Shown: piece after piece, positions 37,786 to 47,794 of the stretch | Layout: each line of letters opens with the position of its first letter | Numbering within the stretch: position 1 is the stretch's first letter | Assembly (NCBI GenBank): GCA_016929525.1 | Contig: JAFGIP010000048.1 | Location: forward strand, 4,988 to 68,987 | Direction of reading: 5' to 3' | Length of the DNA: 64,000 bases | Source: Bacteroidales bacterium | Lineage (GTDB): Bacteria; Bacteroidota; Bacteroidia; Bacteroidales; UBA10428 | Notes under the pieces: model-generated | Told to the model about the DNA's origin: nothing | Seen by the model: the letters and a program-made list of their open reading frames with translations, nothing else | Database searches by the model: none | Position numbers and translations under genes: made by a program

Positions 37786-38412
37786 ATGCAAAATCAGATA
37801 ACAAATAAGGAACTGGCAGCTATACGGGTCATGCGTAATTTTCTGATGAAGAGTGGGCGCATGCCAAGTGTACGCGAATTGATGAAAGAGCTTGGCTACC
37901 GTTCACCCCGCTCTGCAGCAGTGATTTTGCAAAACCTGCATGACAGGGGTATACTGAAAAAGAAGGCAGATGGAAGTATACAAATGGTGCAGTACGAATT
38001 TGAAGAAACCGAAATATCCCGCGAACAAACCGTAAAAGTCCCTTTGCTGGGAACTATAGCATGTGGGCTTCCTGTGATGGCCGAGGAGAATATCGAAGCC
38101 ATGATATCGGTTTCTACCAAGCTGGCCAAATCGCCCGGTAAATATTACCTTTTACAGGCACGCGGCGATTCTATGAACCAGAAAGGCATTCATAATGGAG
38201 ACCTGGTGCTGGTACGCCAGCAGGACTATGCAGAGAACGGTGACATAGTAGTTGCGCTTATTGACGACGAAGCTACCATAAAAGAGCTTCGGATAAATAC
38301 CGACAATGTGGTATTGTTGCCATGTTCGTCAAATAAGGAACATACACCAATTATTCTTTCCAGAGATTTTATTGTACAGGGAGTCGTGGTATCGACGATC
38401 CCCGCATTGTAG
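37786..38412 (+). CDS. lexA: LexA-type repressor (winged-helix N-domain + S24 peptidase)
   Basis: GRMPSVRELMKELGYRSPRSAAVILQNL (LexA_DNA_bind-like), an AG/CG cleavage-site context (TIACGLP), and GDSM...K in the S24 domain. The ORF track offers a TTG start at 37780. Confidence 0.85.
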   Translation: MQNQITNKELAAIRVMRNFLMKSGRMPSVRELMKELGYRSPRSAAVILQNLHDRGILKKKADGSIQMVQYEFEETEISREQTVKVPLLGTIACGLPVMAEENIEAMISVSTKLAKSPGKYYLLQARGDSMNQKGIHNGDLVLVRQQDYAENGDIVVALIDDEATIKELRINTDNVVLLPCSSNKEHTPIILSRDFIVQGVVVSTIPAL

Positions 38413-38431
38413 ACCTAGATTATAAAAGGCG

Positions 38432-39646
38432 ATGGACAGATCGATTGTGCATATTGATATGGACACATTTTTTGTCTCCTGTGAGCGATTGCTTGATTCC
38501 AGTTTGGACAATAAACCGGTACTTGTAGGTGGAACGGGGGGGCGGGGAGTAGTAGCTGCCTGTAGCTACGAGGCCAGGGCTTACGGTATATATTCGGCCA
38601 TGCCTATGCGTACAGCTATGATGATATGCCCCGAAGCGATGGTGATACGTGGCAACAGCTCTATCTACAGTAAGTTTTCCGATACGGTTACCGATATTAT
38701 TAAAGAGAGTGCGCCGCTTTATGAGAAATCTTCGATCGACGAGTTTTATATCGATGTAACCGGCATGGACAGGTTTTTCGGGTGCTACAAATGGGCACAG
38801 GAACTTCGGTCTAAAATTATTAAAGAAACCGGCTTGCCCATTTCATTCGGGCTTTCTACAAGTAAAACCGTATCTAAAGTAGGCACCAACGAGGCAAAAC
38901 CAAATAACCACATAAATATTCCGAAAGGAGAGGAAAAATCTTTTCTTGCACCACTGCCGGTAAAGAAAATCCCCATGGTGGGAGATAAGACTTATAAGAT
39001 GCTTTTAAACATGGGGGTTAAGTATGTGAAGACCATACAGAAAATGCCCCTGGAACTTATGGATCGTGTGATGGGCAAAAATGGCGTGGTAATATGGAGA
39101 AAGGCACAGGGAATCGATAACACGCCTGTAATACCCTACCACGAGCGGAAATCGGTTTCTTCCTCGCTTACCCTGCAACGAGATACCATCGATGTACAAA
39201 AGCTGAAAAGTATACTTGTATCAATGGCTGAAAAGCTGGCATTTTATCTGCGAAATGGTTACAAGCTTACCTCGTGTGTTACGGTAACGATACGATATTC
39301 CGATTTTGATACCCGAACCCGGCAAAAACGTATTCCATATACCTCGCTCGATCATACCCTTATAAAAACAGTACTAGAGCTTTTTGATCAGCTTTATGAC
39401 CGGCGGGTGCTGGTAAGGCTTGTCGGTGTGCGTTACAGCCATCTTATTGGTGGCAGTTACCAGATGGATATTTTTGAAGATACCGCAGAAATGGTAAAGC
39501 TTTACCAGGCCATGGACTACGTACGCAACCGGTTCGGTCAAAACGCAATACGGCGCGTAGCAACAATGGGTACAAGGGGTATCGGGCAAATGAGCAATCC
39601 GTTCAACGGCTTGCCACCTGTAATACCTGCACATAGAAGGATATAA
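38432..39646 (+). CDS. dinB: Y-family DNA polymerase IV (DinB-like), catalytic motifs intact
   Basis: IVHIDMDTFFVSCE and SIDEFYIDVTG carry the catalytic acidic residues. Confidence 0.88.
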   Translation: MDRSIVHIDMDTFFVSCERLLDSSLDNKPVLVGGTGGRGVVAACSYEARAYGIYSAMPMRTAMMICPEAMVIRGNSSIYSKFSDTVTDIIKESAPLYEKSSIDEFYIDVTGMDRFFGCYKWAQELRSKIIKETGLPISFGLSTSKTVSKVGTNEAKPNNHINIPKGEEKSFLAPLPVKKIPMVGDKTYKMLLNMGVKYVKTIQKMPLELMDRVMGKNGVVIWRKAQGIDNTPVIPYHERKSVSSSLTLQRDTIDVQKLKSILVSMAEKLAFYLRNGYKLTSCVTVTIRYSDFDTRTRQKRIPYTSLDHTLIKTVLELFDQLYDRRVLVRLVGVRYSHLIGGSYQMDIFEDTAEMVKLYQAMDYVRNRFGQNAIRRVATMGTRGIGQMSNPFNGLPPVIPAHRRI

Positions 39647-42600
39647 TGCTGCTCAATTGTCACACATATTTTAGCTATAAGTTCGGTACGCTTTCTATTG
39701 AAGAACTTATACAGGAAGCGGAACAAAAGGGTTATAACACCATAACCCTTACCGATGTGAACAGCACATCGGCATGTATCGACTTTGTAAGGCAATGCAT
39801 GGATAAGCAGATAAAACCTTTGTTGGGTATCGATTTCAGAAATGGAGCCAGGCAGCAATATGTAGGAATAGCTGCAAATAATGAAGGTTTTCGTGAGCTC
39901 AACGAGCATCTTACATATCATTCGCATAATGAAGAAGATTTTCCCGAACAGGCTCCTGAATTTAACCATGCATATGTGGTGTATCCGTTTGGAAGTATTG
40001 ATTACAAATCGTTGCGCGATAATGAGTTTATAGGAGTGAGTTCACAGCAGCTGGGTAAATTGTTATTTTCCGATTGGAAATCTTGTCAGGAAAAGCTTGT
40101 GGTATTACAACCGGTTACTTTTCGACACAAGAGAGATTTTAATGTGCACCGGTTGCTACGAGCCATTGATAAAAATACCATATTAAGCCGGTTGCCAAAA
40201 ACCGAAGAAGCTCAACCCGACGAAATCATGCCTGCAAAAAAAGATTTACTGGAAAAATTCCTCGATTATCCTTTCATTCTTGAAAACACCAGTCGATTGC
40301 TGGATAATTGCTCCGTCGGTTTTGAATACAAAACATCGAAAAACAAGAAAAGCTTTACCGGTTCGGTTGGCGGAGACCTGTTTCTTATCAGGCATCAGTG
40401 TGAAGAAGGATTGAAATACCGCTACAGGAATCCTTCGAAGACTATTCTAGAACGCATGGAGAAGGAGTTAAAGATCATTGAACAACTCAACTTTTCTTCA
40501 TACTTCCTTATTAATTGGGACCTGATAGAATATGCCCGGAGAAAAGGTTGTTATTACGTAGGTCGTGGAAGTGGAGCAAACAGCATGGTGGCATACCTGT
40601 TACGTATTACTGATGTCGATCCCATAGAACTCGATCTGTATTTCGAGCGCTTTATCAATACTTCGCGCAACTCGCCGCCAGACTTTGATATTGATTTCTC
40701 GTCACGCGACCGCGATATGATAACCAAATACCTGTTCGATAAACACGGTTGGGACCACACTGCTTTGGTTGGTACTTACATCACCTTTCAGTATAAATCG
40801 ATGATTCGTGAACTGGGGAAGGTTTTCGGTCTGCCTTCGCAAGAAATAGATAAGCTGCAATCAACAAAAAGACACTACGAGGTAGATGAAATCGGCGGAC
40901 TTGTTCTGAAATACAGCAAGCTTATTCATGACTTTCCAAGTCATCTGAGCGTACATTCCAGCGGTATCATTATTTCTGACACGCCTATAAGTAACTATTC
41001 TGCCACCATTATGCCTCCCAAAGGTTTTCCAACAGTGCATTTCAGTATGATAGAAGCTGAAGATATAGGTTTTGCCAAGTTTGATATACTGGGCCAAAGG
41101 GGGCTTAGTAAGATTGAAGATGCAGTGAAGATCGTAGAGGAAAATACAGGACAAAGGATAGATATTCACGATATCGATCGCTTTAAAAGTGATGAAGGGA
41201 TAAAGCAATTGCTTAAACAGGGAAAGACTATAGGGTGTTTTTATGTTGAATCACCTGCTATGCGAATGTTGTTGAGAAAACTCGAAGCCGACGATTATAT
41301 ACGGCTGGTGGCTGCCAGTTCAATAATCCGCCCCGGAGTGGCCAAAAGTGGTATGATGAGAGAATACATCCTGCGATATCGCCAGCCGGAAAGAAGGGAA
41401 GCAGCACGACAGGAAATGCCTGAATTCTATGAATACCTCGAAGAAACTTACGGGGTGATGGTCTACCAGGAAGACGTTATTAAGGTAGCCCACTATTTTG
41501 CAGGTCTTACTCTTGCTGAGGCCGATGTATTGCGGCGTGGCATGTCATGGAAGTTTAAGCAACGCAATGAATTTGGAAAAGTTCGAGATAAGTTTTTTTC
41601 CAACTGTTATGAAAGGGGTTATCCTGAATATATCATAAAGCGCGTGTGGGAACAGATCGAGAGTTTTGCCAACTATGCTTTTTCGAAGGGCCACTCGGCA
41701 TCGTATGCTGTCGAGAGTTTCCAGGCGCTTTATCTGAAGGCTCATTATCCCAGGGAATATATGGTGGCTACCATTAATAATGGCGGGGGATTTTACCGAA
41801 GAGAACTATACGTGCATGAGGCACGAATGCATGGTGCGAAAATATACCCTCCCTGTGTAAATTGTAGTGACAATGTTGCTGTGATATTTGGCGACACCAT
41901 ATTTCTTGGTTTGGGTTTTGTAGAGAACATCGAGACCAATACAGCTGTGTCTGTACTTAAGGAAAGACGAAGAGGAGGCAGTTTTAAAGATCTGCAGGAT
42001 TTTCTGAAGCGTGTGCCGGTTTCGCTTGAACAACTTAGTATACTTATTCGTATCGGGGCATTCAGGTTTACCGGAAAATCGAAAAAGGAATTGTTATGGG
42101 ATGCACATTTCATACTGAGTAAGCACAAAAAAAATAAACCGTCACAAACGCTTTTCAACGAAAAGGTTAAAGAATTTACATTGCCTGCTTTGTATTCCCA
42201 TCCGCTGGAGACGGCATATGATGAAATTGAGATTGTCGGGTTTTCCATATCCAGGTCACCTTTTGAACTGCTCGAAGAAGCAAGATTGCCGCGACTGGTA
42301 TCGGCACGACTTCCTTTTATGGTGGGTATGAACGCGGAAATAGTCGGCTACCTGATACACGTTAAGGGTACGAAGACCAGTAACGGAAAGTATATGAGCT
42401 TTGGAACATTTATAGACCTTGAAGGCTGCTGGATTGACACAGTACAGTTTCCGGATATTACAGCAAAATACCCTTTCAGGGGACCGGGATGCTACCTGAT
42501 AAAAGGTAAAGTGGTAAGTGAGTTTGGCTTTATCAGCATTGAAACGGCAGAGCTTTACCGTTTGCCAAATATTAGCCTGGATGAATCGTCGACAAGACTT

Positions 42601-42678
42601 AAATTGAATGTTGAACAGTTTAACGTTCAAGGTTATTCGGGTAATTTTCGATTTCGGGCTTCCGGCTTCAAAATTTAA
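39646..42678 (+). CDS. dnaE2: Error-prone DNA polymerase III alpha-like (DnaE2-type)
   Basis: PHP N-terminus (LNCHTYFSYKFGT), the DnaE palm/fingers block (FAKFDILGQRGLS) and a length of about 1010 aa. The start overlaps the dinB stop (ATAATG). Confidence 0.85.
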   Translation: MLLNCHTYFSYKFGTLSIEELIQEAEQKGYNTITLTDVNSTSACIDFVRQCMDKQIKPLLGIDFRNGARQQYVGIAANNEGFRELNEHLTYHSHNEEDFPEQAPEFNHAYVVYPFGSIDYKSLRDNEFIGVSSQQLGKLLFSDWKSCQEKLVVLQPVTFRHKRDFNVHRLLRAIDKNTILSRLPKTEEAQPDEIMPAKKDLLEKFLDYPFILENTSRLLDNCSVGFEYKTSKNKKSFTGSVGGDLFLIRHQCEEGLKYRYRNPSKTILERMEKELKIIEQLNFSSYFLINWDLIEYARRKGCYYVGRGSGANSMVAYLLRITDVDPIELDLYFERFINTSRNSPPDFDIDFSSRDRDMITKYLFDKHGWDHTALVGTYITFQYKSMIRELGKVFGLPSQEIDKLQSTKRHYEVDEIGGLVLKYSKLIHDFPSHLSVHSSGIIISDTPISNYSATIMPPKGFPTVHFSMIEAEDIGFAKFDILGQRGLSKIEDAVKIVEENTGQRIDIHDIDRFKSDEGIKQLLKQGKTIGCFYVESPAMRMLLRKLEADDYIRLVAASSIIRPGVAKSGMMREYILRYRQPERREAARQEMPEFYEYLEETYGVMVYQEDVIKVAHYFAGLTLAEADVLRRGMSWKFKQRNEFGKVRDKFFSNCYERGYPEYIIKRVWEQIESFANYAFSKGHSASYAVESFQALYLKAHYPREYMVATINNGGGFYRRELYVHEARMHGAKIYPPCVNCSDNVAVIFGDTIFLGLGFVENIETNTAVSVLKERRRGGSFKDLQDFLKRVPVSLEQLSILIRIGAFRFTGKSKKELLWDAHFILSKHKKNKPSQTLFNEKVKEFTLPALYSHPLETAYDEIEIVGFSISRSPFELLEEARLPRLVSARLPFMVGMNAEIVGYLIHVKGTKTSNGKYMSFGTFIDLEGCWIDTVQFPDITAKYPFRGPGCYLIKGKVVSEFGFISIETAELYRLPNISLDESSTRLKLNVEQFNVQGYSGNFRFRASGFKI

Positions 42679-42704
42679 ACTTTAACTTTTAACTTTGAAC
42701 TGAC

Positions 42705-43520
42705 ATGTGCGGACAATATGCAATAGTATCGAGCATTGAAAGAATAGAAAAGAAATTCAATGTAAAACAGGAACCTGAGTTAGCCTTTAGTGTGAACAGG
42801 ATAGTAATTCCGGGTAATCAGGGGCTTGTAATTACTGATAACGAACCAAGATTAATACAGAGCTTTACTTTCGGTTTTACACCCAGCTGGTCGAAAAAGG
42901 CTACCTATATCATTAATGCACGTTCTGAAGGAGACCATAACAAAGAAAACAGGATGGACTACAATGGCGCCAAAGGTATTATAACCAAACCATTCTTCAG
43001 AAAGGCAATTCGTCAGCAAAGGTGTCTTGTTATAGCCGACTGTTTTCTTGAAGGTCCTACAAAAGAACGACTTAAAAAACCTTTTGCGGTATACATGAAA
43101 AATTATGAAAGACCTTTTGCTTTTGCAGGAATTTGGGATTCATGGAAAAATCCGGATACGGGAAAGGTGATGAATACATTTGCAATTATCACATCTCCTG
43201 CCAATAAACTGCTTGCAAAGATACCGCACCACCGGATGCCGGTTATTCTTTCTCCTTCTTCATATTCAAGATATTTGAGTACATCAAGACCACTAAGTGA
43301 TATAACCGAATTACTGGTACCCTATCCTTATGAAGCGATGAATGCATTTCCTATATCACCTGCTTATAAAAAGCATTATGACGATGCCAGGTTAGCATTG
43401 CATCCCATTGGTCAAAGGCTTGAAAAAGAATATGATTTTAAAGTGAATGAGGAGATAAAACTTTTCGGAATGGGGGAGCTGCCTTCAAGAGAACTTCGAG
43501 ACAGAAAAGCTAATAACTAA
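42705..43520 (+). CDS. SOS-response-associated peptidase (SRAP/YedK/HMCES family)
   Basis: N-terminal MCGQY (catalytic Cys2) and the IITSPAN...HHRMPVIL block. Confidence 0.9.
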   Translation: MCGQYAIVSSIERIEKKFNVKQEPELAFSVNRIVIPGNQGLVITDNEPRLIQSFTFGFTPSWSKKATYIINARSEGDHNKENRMDYNGAKGIITKPFFRKAIRQQRCLVIADCFLEGPTKERLKKPFAVYMKNYERPFAFAGIWDSWKNPDTGKVMNTFAIITSPANKLLAKIPHHRMPVILSPSSYSRYLSTSRPLSDITELLVPYPYEAMNAFPISPAYKKHYDDARLALHPIGQRLEKEYDFKVNEEIKLFGMGELPSRELRDRKANN

Positions 43521-43539
43521 GGTTGGTTATGGGTATTTA

Positions 43540-46500
43540 TTAAGTAATCTTCAATCCCATTACTAATATATCATCTGTTTGCTCCTGATTGCCTTTCCAA
43601 CTAAACAGGGTTTGCTCAAGCATTTCTTTTTGTTTATTTAATGGTTTGTCGTGAACGCTGATCAACTGTTCTTTAAAACGAGATAGCATAAAACGTTCAT
43701 TGGTTTTTTCACCAATTTGATCCGTGTATCCATCGGTGCTCATATATATCATATCTCCCTTTTTAACTTTAATGGTTTGAGAAGTAAAAGGTTTTATTTT
43801 GAAGTGGTATCCAATTGGAACACGATCACCTTTTATCTTTTTAAGCTGGTTTTCTCTCATTAAATAAAGAGAATGGTAAGCTGCAGAAAATTGAACCTCC
43901 TTCTTTTCAGGATCGTAAACAAGAAGAGAAATATCCATTCCGTCCAGTGCTTCGGAGAGTCTGTCTCTTTGATGAAGTGCATCAATAACCCTGTCACGCA
44001 GGTGCGTTAGTATTTCATGCGATTCAAGTGGCCTTTCAATAGAAATTATCTCATTAAGTATTGCAATTCCAAGCATACTCATAAATCCTCCGGGAACTCC
44101 GTGCCCTGTACAATCAGCAACTGCAACTACTGTTTTGTTGTAATGCTTGGCAGCCCAGTAGAAATCACCACCTACTACTTCGCGTGGCTTGTTAATAATA
44201 AAACGGTCCGGCAGAATATTTTCAATGTATTTATCAGGCGGTAAAACAGCCTGTTGAATTCTTCGTGCATAAGTAATACCATCAGTAATATGTTTTTTTT
44301 GTTCTGCTACAATTCTGTAAGCTTTATTCTTTTGCCTGTATTGTCTTGTTATGATAACTGAAAATGCCAGAATCAGAATACTACCAATGAAGAATGAAAT
44401 AATGATAATGCGTTGCCTTTTTAATTGCTGTAGTTTATTGGCTACTTCAAGTTCAATAATCTGCATCTCACGTTTATTACGTTCAGCTTCATAGCGTGCA
44501 ATGCGGTTTTGTTTTTGAAGTTCTCTTTTTAAAGTCTGAACCGTTACTTTACTTGATTCGTATTGTTCACGCAATTCAACCAATTGCATGGCCTGTCCTG
44601 CTGCTTCATATTTAGAACTGGTATATTTCTGATAGTAATCATATGCCTTCCTGAAATTTCCTAATTTCGCATACGTTTTTGCATATGCCTGATAGTTTTT
44701 CCAGATAACTTCTCTGTAATTGATTTCTTCAGAAATTTTTAAACTGGAATCGTAATATTCAAGTGCTTTCTCATAATCTTTTAGCTCATAGTAAGCATTT
44801 CCGATGTTATGCAGCGATGTTGCAATACCCTCCCTGAACGAAATTTGTTCTTTTATCCTGATAGATCTTTCATAATAATCTATTGCTGCCTTATACTTTT
44901 TATTGTTAAAATTAATATTACCAAGATTGTTCAAAGTAATGGACTGATCGCGCAAATTGTTGTTTTCCTGGGCCGCTGATAAAGATTTTTCATAGTATTC
45001 TATTGCTTTGTCAAGGTCGTTCATATTATAATATGTAGCACCCAAGTTGTTCAGTGTTGCACTGATTTCCTCTTTATTGTCAGTTTCTTTATCAATTTCG
45101 AGCGATTTCTCCAAAGACTGAATGGCTTTTTCAAAATTGTTCTGTTCATAGTAAATATTTGCCATATTTTTATGGACTACACCCGCACCTTCTTTGTCTT
45201 TAGTCTCTAATTTTATATCAAGTGAACGATTTAAATAGTCTAAAGCTTCATCGTATCGGTATGTGTTTTCATAAACTGTAGCAATATTTGTAAGTGCTTT
45301 TGCAGTCTGCTCTTTATCATCAATATCTTCAGAAATCTCAAGTGACTTCTCAAAATGCTCAATAGCATCATTGTAACTGCCTGAATCATATAACACCGTC
45401 GCGATATCGCTTAATACTTCCGCTTCTTCTTCTTTATTACCAACTTCGCGCGTTATGTCAAGTGATCTGCTGTAACTTTCCAGAGCTTTCCCAAGTTGAA
45501 ATTCACTCTGATATACAGCACCCATTTCTTTCAATATTTTAGAAGAACCTTCTTTATCATCGCTGTTGATTTTTTCCTGTAAAACCATTTCAAGCTGCTT
45601 TAAACTTTCTTGTGCTTTTTGTGTGGTTAGGATAGATGTTTTTAAAGTATCGTCGTTTTCTTTAGCCGCATGCTCTTCAATAACTTCTTTAGTATCTACT
45701 GGTTCTTTATCTTCAACACTGATTATCTGCTCTTTGGAAGATTTGTCTTGCTCAGATTCTTCTTTCTTCGTTTCTGTGTTGCTTGTACCTTTTATATCTG
45801 TTTTTCTCGATGTTGATTCTGTTATGGCAACGATTTCTTCACCCTTTTTTTGGTGAACTTTGTCTTCATGGGCTTTTTCATCAGTAATTTTTAATTCTTT
45901 GTCTTTTTTTTCAGACAAGAAAGCTTGAATTGAATCTTTATGCGCTTGAGCCAATGCACGTTTTTGGGATTCCAGTAAATCAATTATGCTATCAATCTTG
46001 TTAAGCATTTGTTTGGGGTAGATCTTTTTCGGGAAAATATCAAGTGCATCTAAATAAGTATTTTTTGATGCCTCATAGTTTTCGGTATTGTATAATGAAT
46101 CAGCTTCCAGAACAGCACTTTCATAACTATTATTCTTAGCAATCCACCAGTAGGATTTTAATGAATCGATCTCATATAGTCTATCAAGAGGATATGTTTC
46201 ATTCGGTTTATAAATAAGAGCCTTTTGATAATAGTTATTTGCTGCATCGAGTTCATCTTCTGCAAGTAAATCATCTGCTTTCTTAATTGCCTGTTCGTAA
46301 CCCTCATTAACTGAGATTTGCTTTTTAAGTAACTTTTGCGTTTGTTTTATTTTTTTCTCCAATTCTTTATTGTCGGGATTATACTCGAGTACCTGATTAT
46401 ATGCAATTATTGCTTCTTCATAATTTTTAGCTGTGAAAAGAGAATCAGCCTTTTGATTTTCAGATTTACCTGCTATAATTTTAAGCTCTTCAATATTTTC

Positions 46501-46989
46501 CTTTAAGTCTGATAACTCCGGAGATACTTTTTCTTTATATTTTTTATCTTCAATAAATCCCCAATAATCTATATCGAAGAAATAATTGGCAACCGGTTCT
46601 TTGATTTCTTCTTTGTTTAAACCTGGAATTATTTTATAGGGAGTTAAATCAATATCCCACGAAATATCGGCTCCATAGGCTATAACTTCGTCTGGTACTC
46701 TGGTATTGATATGTACTATTTCTTTTAAATATCCTTCTTTTGCAACTATTATATCATATTCGGTATTTAAATCAAGTGAAAATCCAAAAATTCCACTTCT
46801 GCCTGTAACTGATCTGCCAACCACTTTACCCTTTTCTAATATCTTTAGTGATACACCACTTATCTTTTTATTATTGTATTTAATTGTACCATAACCTATA
46901 ACCTTAACATCATTCGAATTATTAATAAAGAAGGAGAGAATGAATAGCGAACAAAGTGATCCAAGCAGAATGGCGGGTAATTTCTTCAT
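43540..46989 (-). CDS. Large TPR-repeat membrane protein with C-terminal PP2C/SpoIIE phosphatase domain
   Basis: N-terminal signal/anchor, a CarboxypepD_reg-like beta domain, about 10 or more TPR units (..YEKALEYY..), a TM helix (IIIISFFIGSILILAFSVII) and SpoIIE motifs (GGDFYW, DCTGHGVPG, STDGY). Confidence 0.85.
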   Translation of the reverse strand: MKKLPAILLGSLCSLFILSFFINNSNDVKVIGYGTIKYNNKKISGVSLKILEKGKVVGRSVTGRSGIFGFSLDLNTEYDIIVAKEGYLKEIVHINTRVPDEVIAYGADISWDIDLTPYKIIPGLNKEEIKEPVANYFFDIDYWGFIEDKKYKEKVSPELSDLKENIEELKIIAGKSENQKADSLFTAKNYEEAIIAYNQVLEYNPDNKELEKKIKQTQKLLKKQISVNEGYEQAIKKADDLLAEDELDAANNYYQKALIYKPNETYPLDRLYEIDSLKSYWWIAKNNSYESAVLEADSLYNTENYEASKNTYLDALDIFPKKIYPKQMLNKIDSIIDLLESQKRALAQAHKDSIQAFLSEKKDKELKITDEKAHEDKVHQKKGEEIVAITESTSRKTDIKGTSNTETKKEESEQDKSSKEQIISVEDKEPVDTKEVIEEHAAKENDDTLKTSILTTQKAQESLKQLEMVLQEKINSDDKEGSSKILKEMGAVYQSEFQLGKALESYSRSLDITREVGNKEEEAEVLSDIATVLYDSGSYNDAIEHFEKSLEISEDIDDKEQTAKALTNIATVYENTYRYDEALDYLNRSLDIKLETKDKEGAGVVHKNMANIYYEQNNFEKAIQSLEKSLEIDKETDNKEEISATLNNLGATYYNMNDLDKAIEYYEKSLSAAQENNNLRDQSITLNNLGNINFNNKKYKAAIDYYERSIRIKEQISFREGIATSLHNIGNAYYELKDYEKALEYYDSSLKISEEINYREVIWKNYQAYAKTYAKLGNFRKAYDYYQKYTSSKYEAAGQAMQLVELREQYESSKVTVQTLKRELQKQNRIARYEAERNKREMQIIELEVANKLQQLKRQRIIIISFFIGSILILAFSVIITRQYRQKNKAYRIVAEQKKHITDGITYARRIQQAVLPPDKYIENILPDRFIINKPREVVGGDFYWAAKHYNKTVVAVADCTGHGVPGGFMSMLGIAILNEIISIERPLESHEILTHLRDRVIDALHQRDRLSEALDGMDISLLVYDPEKKEVQFSAAYHSLYLMRENQLKKIKGDRVPIGYHFKIKPFTSQTIKVKKGDMIYMSTDGYTDQIGEKTNERFMLSRFKEQLISVHDKPLNKQKEMLEQTLFSWKGNQEQTDDILVMGLKIT

Positions 46990-47212
46990 GCCCGAAAAGG
47001 ATTGGTTTGTAATAAATATAAGAAAATATAGAATATTAAATAGAATATTTAATTATAGAAATTCATTTTAATGCTAAATATCAATTTGTCAGACACATTA
47101 TTAACTTAGTCTGACAAGTAAGAGAGGTTAATTTATCTAATAATTAATATTAATGACTTTTAAACTTGAATTCTTTTACTAAATTAGGGTAACAATAAAA
47201 ATAACTTTTAAC

Positions 47213-47593
47213 ATGAGCAATTTTATTGAAATTAAAGGTACCTATGATTCTCCTTCAGTCTTATTTGATCCGGATAAAGGTTATTTCCGTATAAGTGGTC
47301 GTTCATTACCGGCAAACACATTCGATTTTTACTCGCCTTTGCTTTATGCCATCACTGATTACCTGAAAGAGCCAAAAGAGGAAACTACATTTGAATTTAA
47401 AATGGAATTTATAAGTTCATCATCAACAAAGATTTTTCAGGAATTTCTTCATGAAATTGATCAGGCATTTCAGAAAGGTGTTAAGATTAAAGTTAACTGG
47501 TATTATAAATTTGGTGATGATGATATGAAAGAGTTAGGCGACGATCTTAGAATGGATACAACATTTCCGTTTGAATTTATTGCATACGAATAG
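47213..47593 (+). CDS. DUF1987 (SiaC-like) protein
   Basis: 126 aa with IEIKGTYDSPSVLFDPDKGYFRISGRSLPAN and FISSSSTKIF. The layout is typical of DUF1987. Confidence 0.75.
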   Translation: MSNFIEIKGTYDSPSVLFDPDKGYFRISGRSLPANTFDFYSPLLYAITDYLKEPKEETTFEFKMEFISSSSTKIFQEFLHEIDQAFQKGVKIKVNWYYKFGDDDMKELGDDLRMDTTFPFEFIAYE

Positions 47594-47794
47594 AGAGAGG
47601 GTAAAGTATTCAATACATGAGTATTTCTTGCATTCCGGTAATTCGATATTCCAGGAATAATTAAATATTCAAATTCCGGCATTTATAATTAGTTGTTGTT
47701 ATGTTGATATTTTAAAGAAAATCTTCATTGTATCGCATAATAAAGTATTTATTTATACCTTATGGGATGTTTGATCAAAATTTAGTTAATATTT

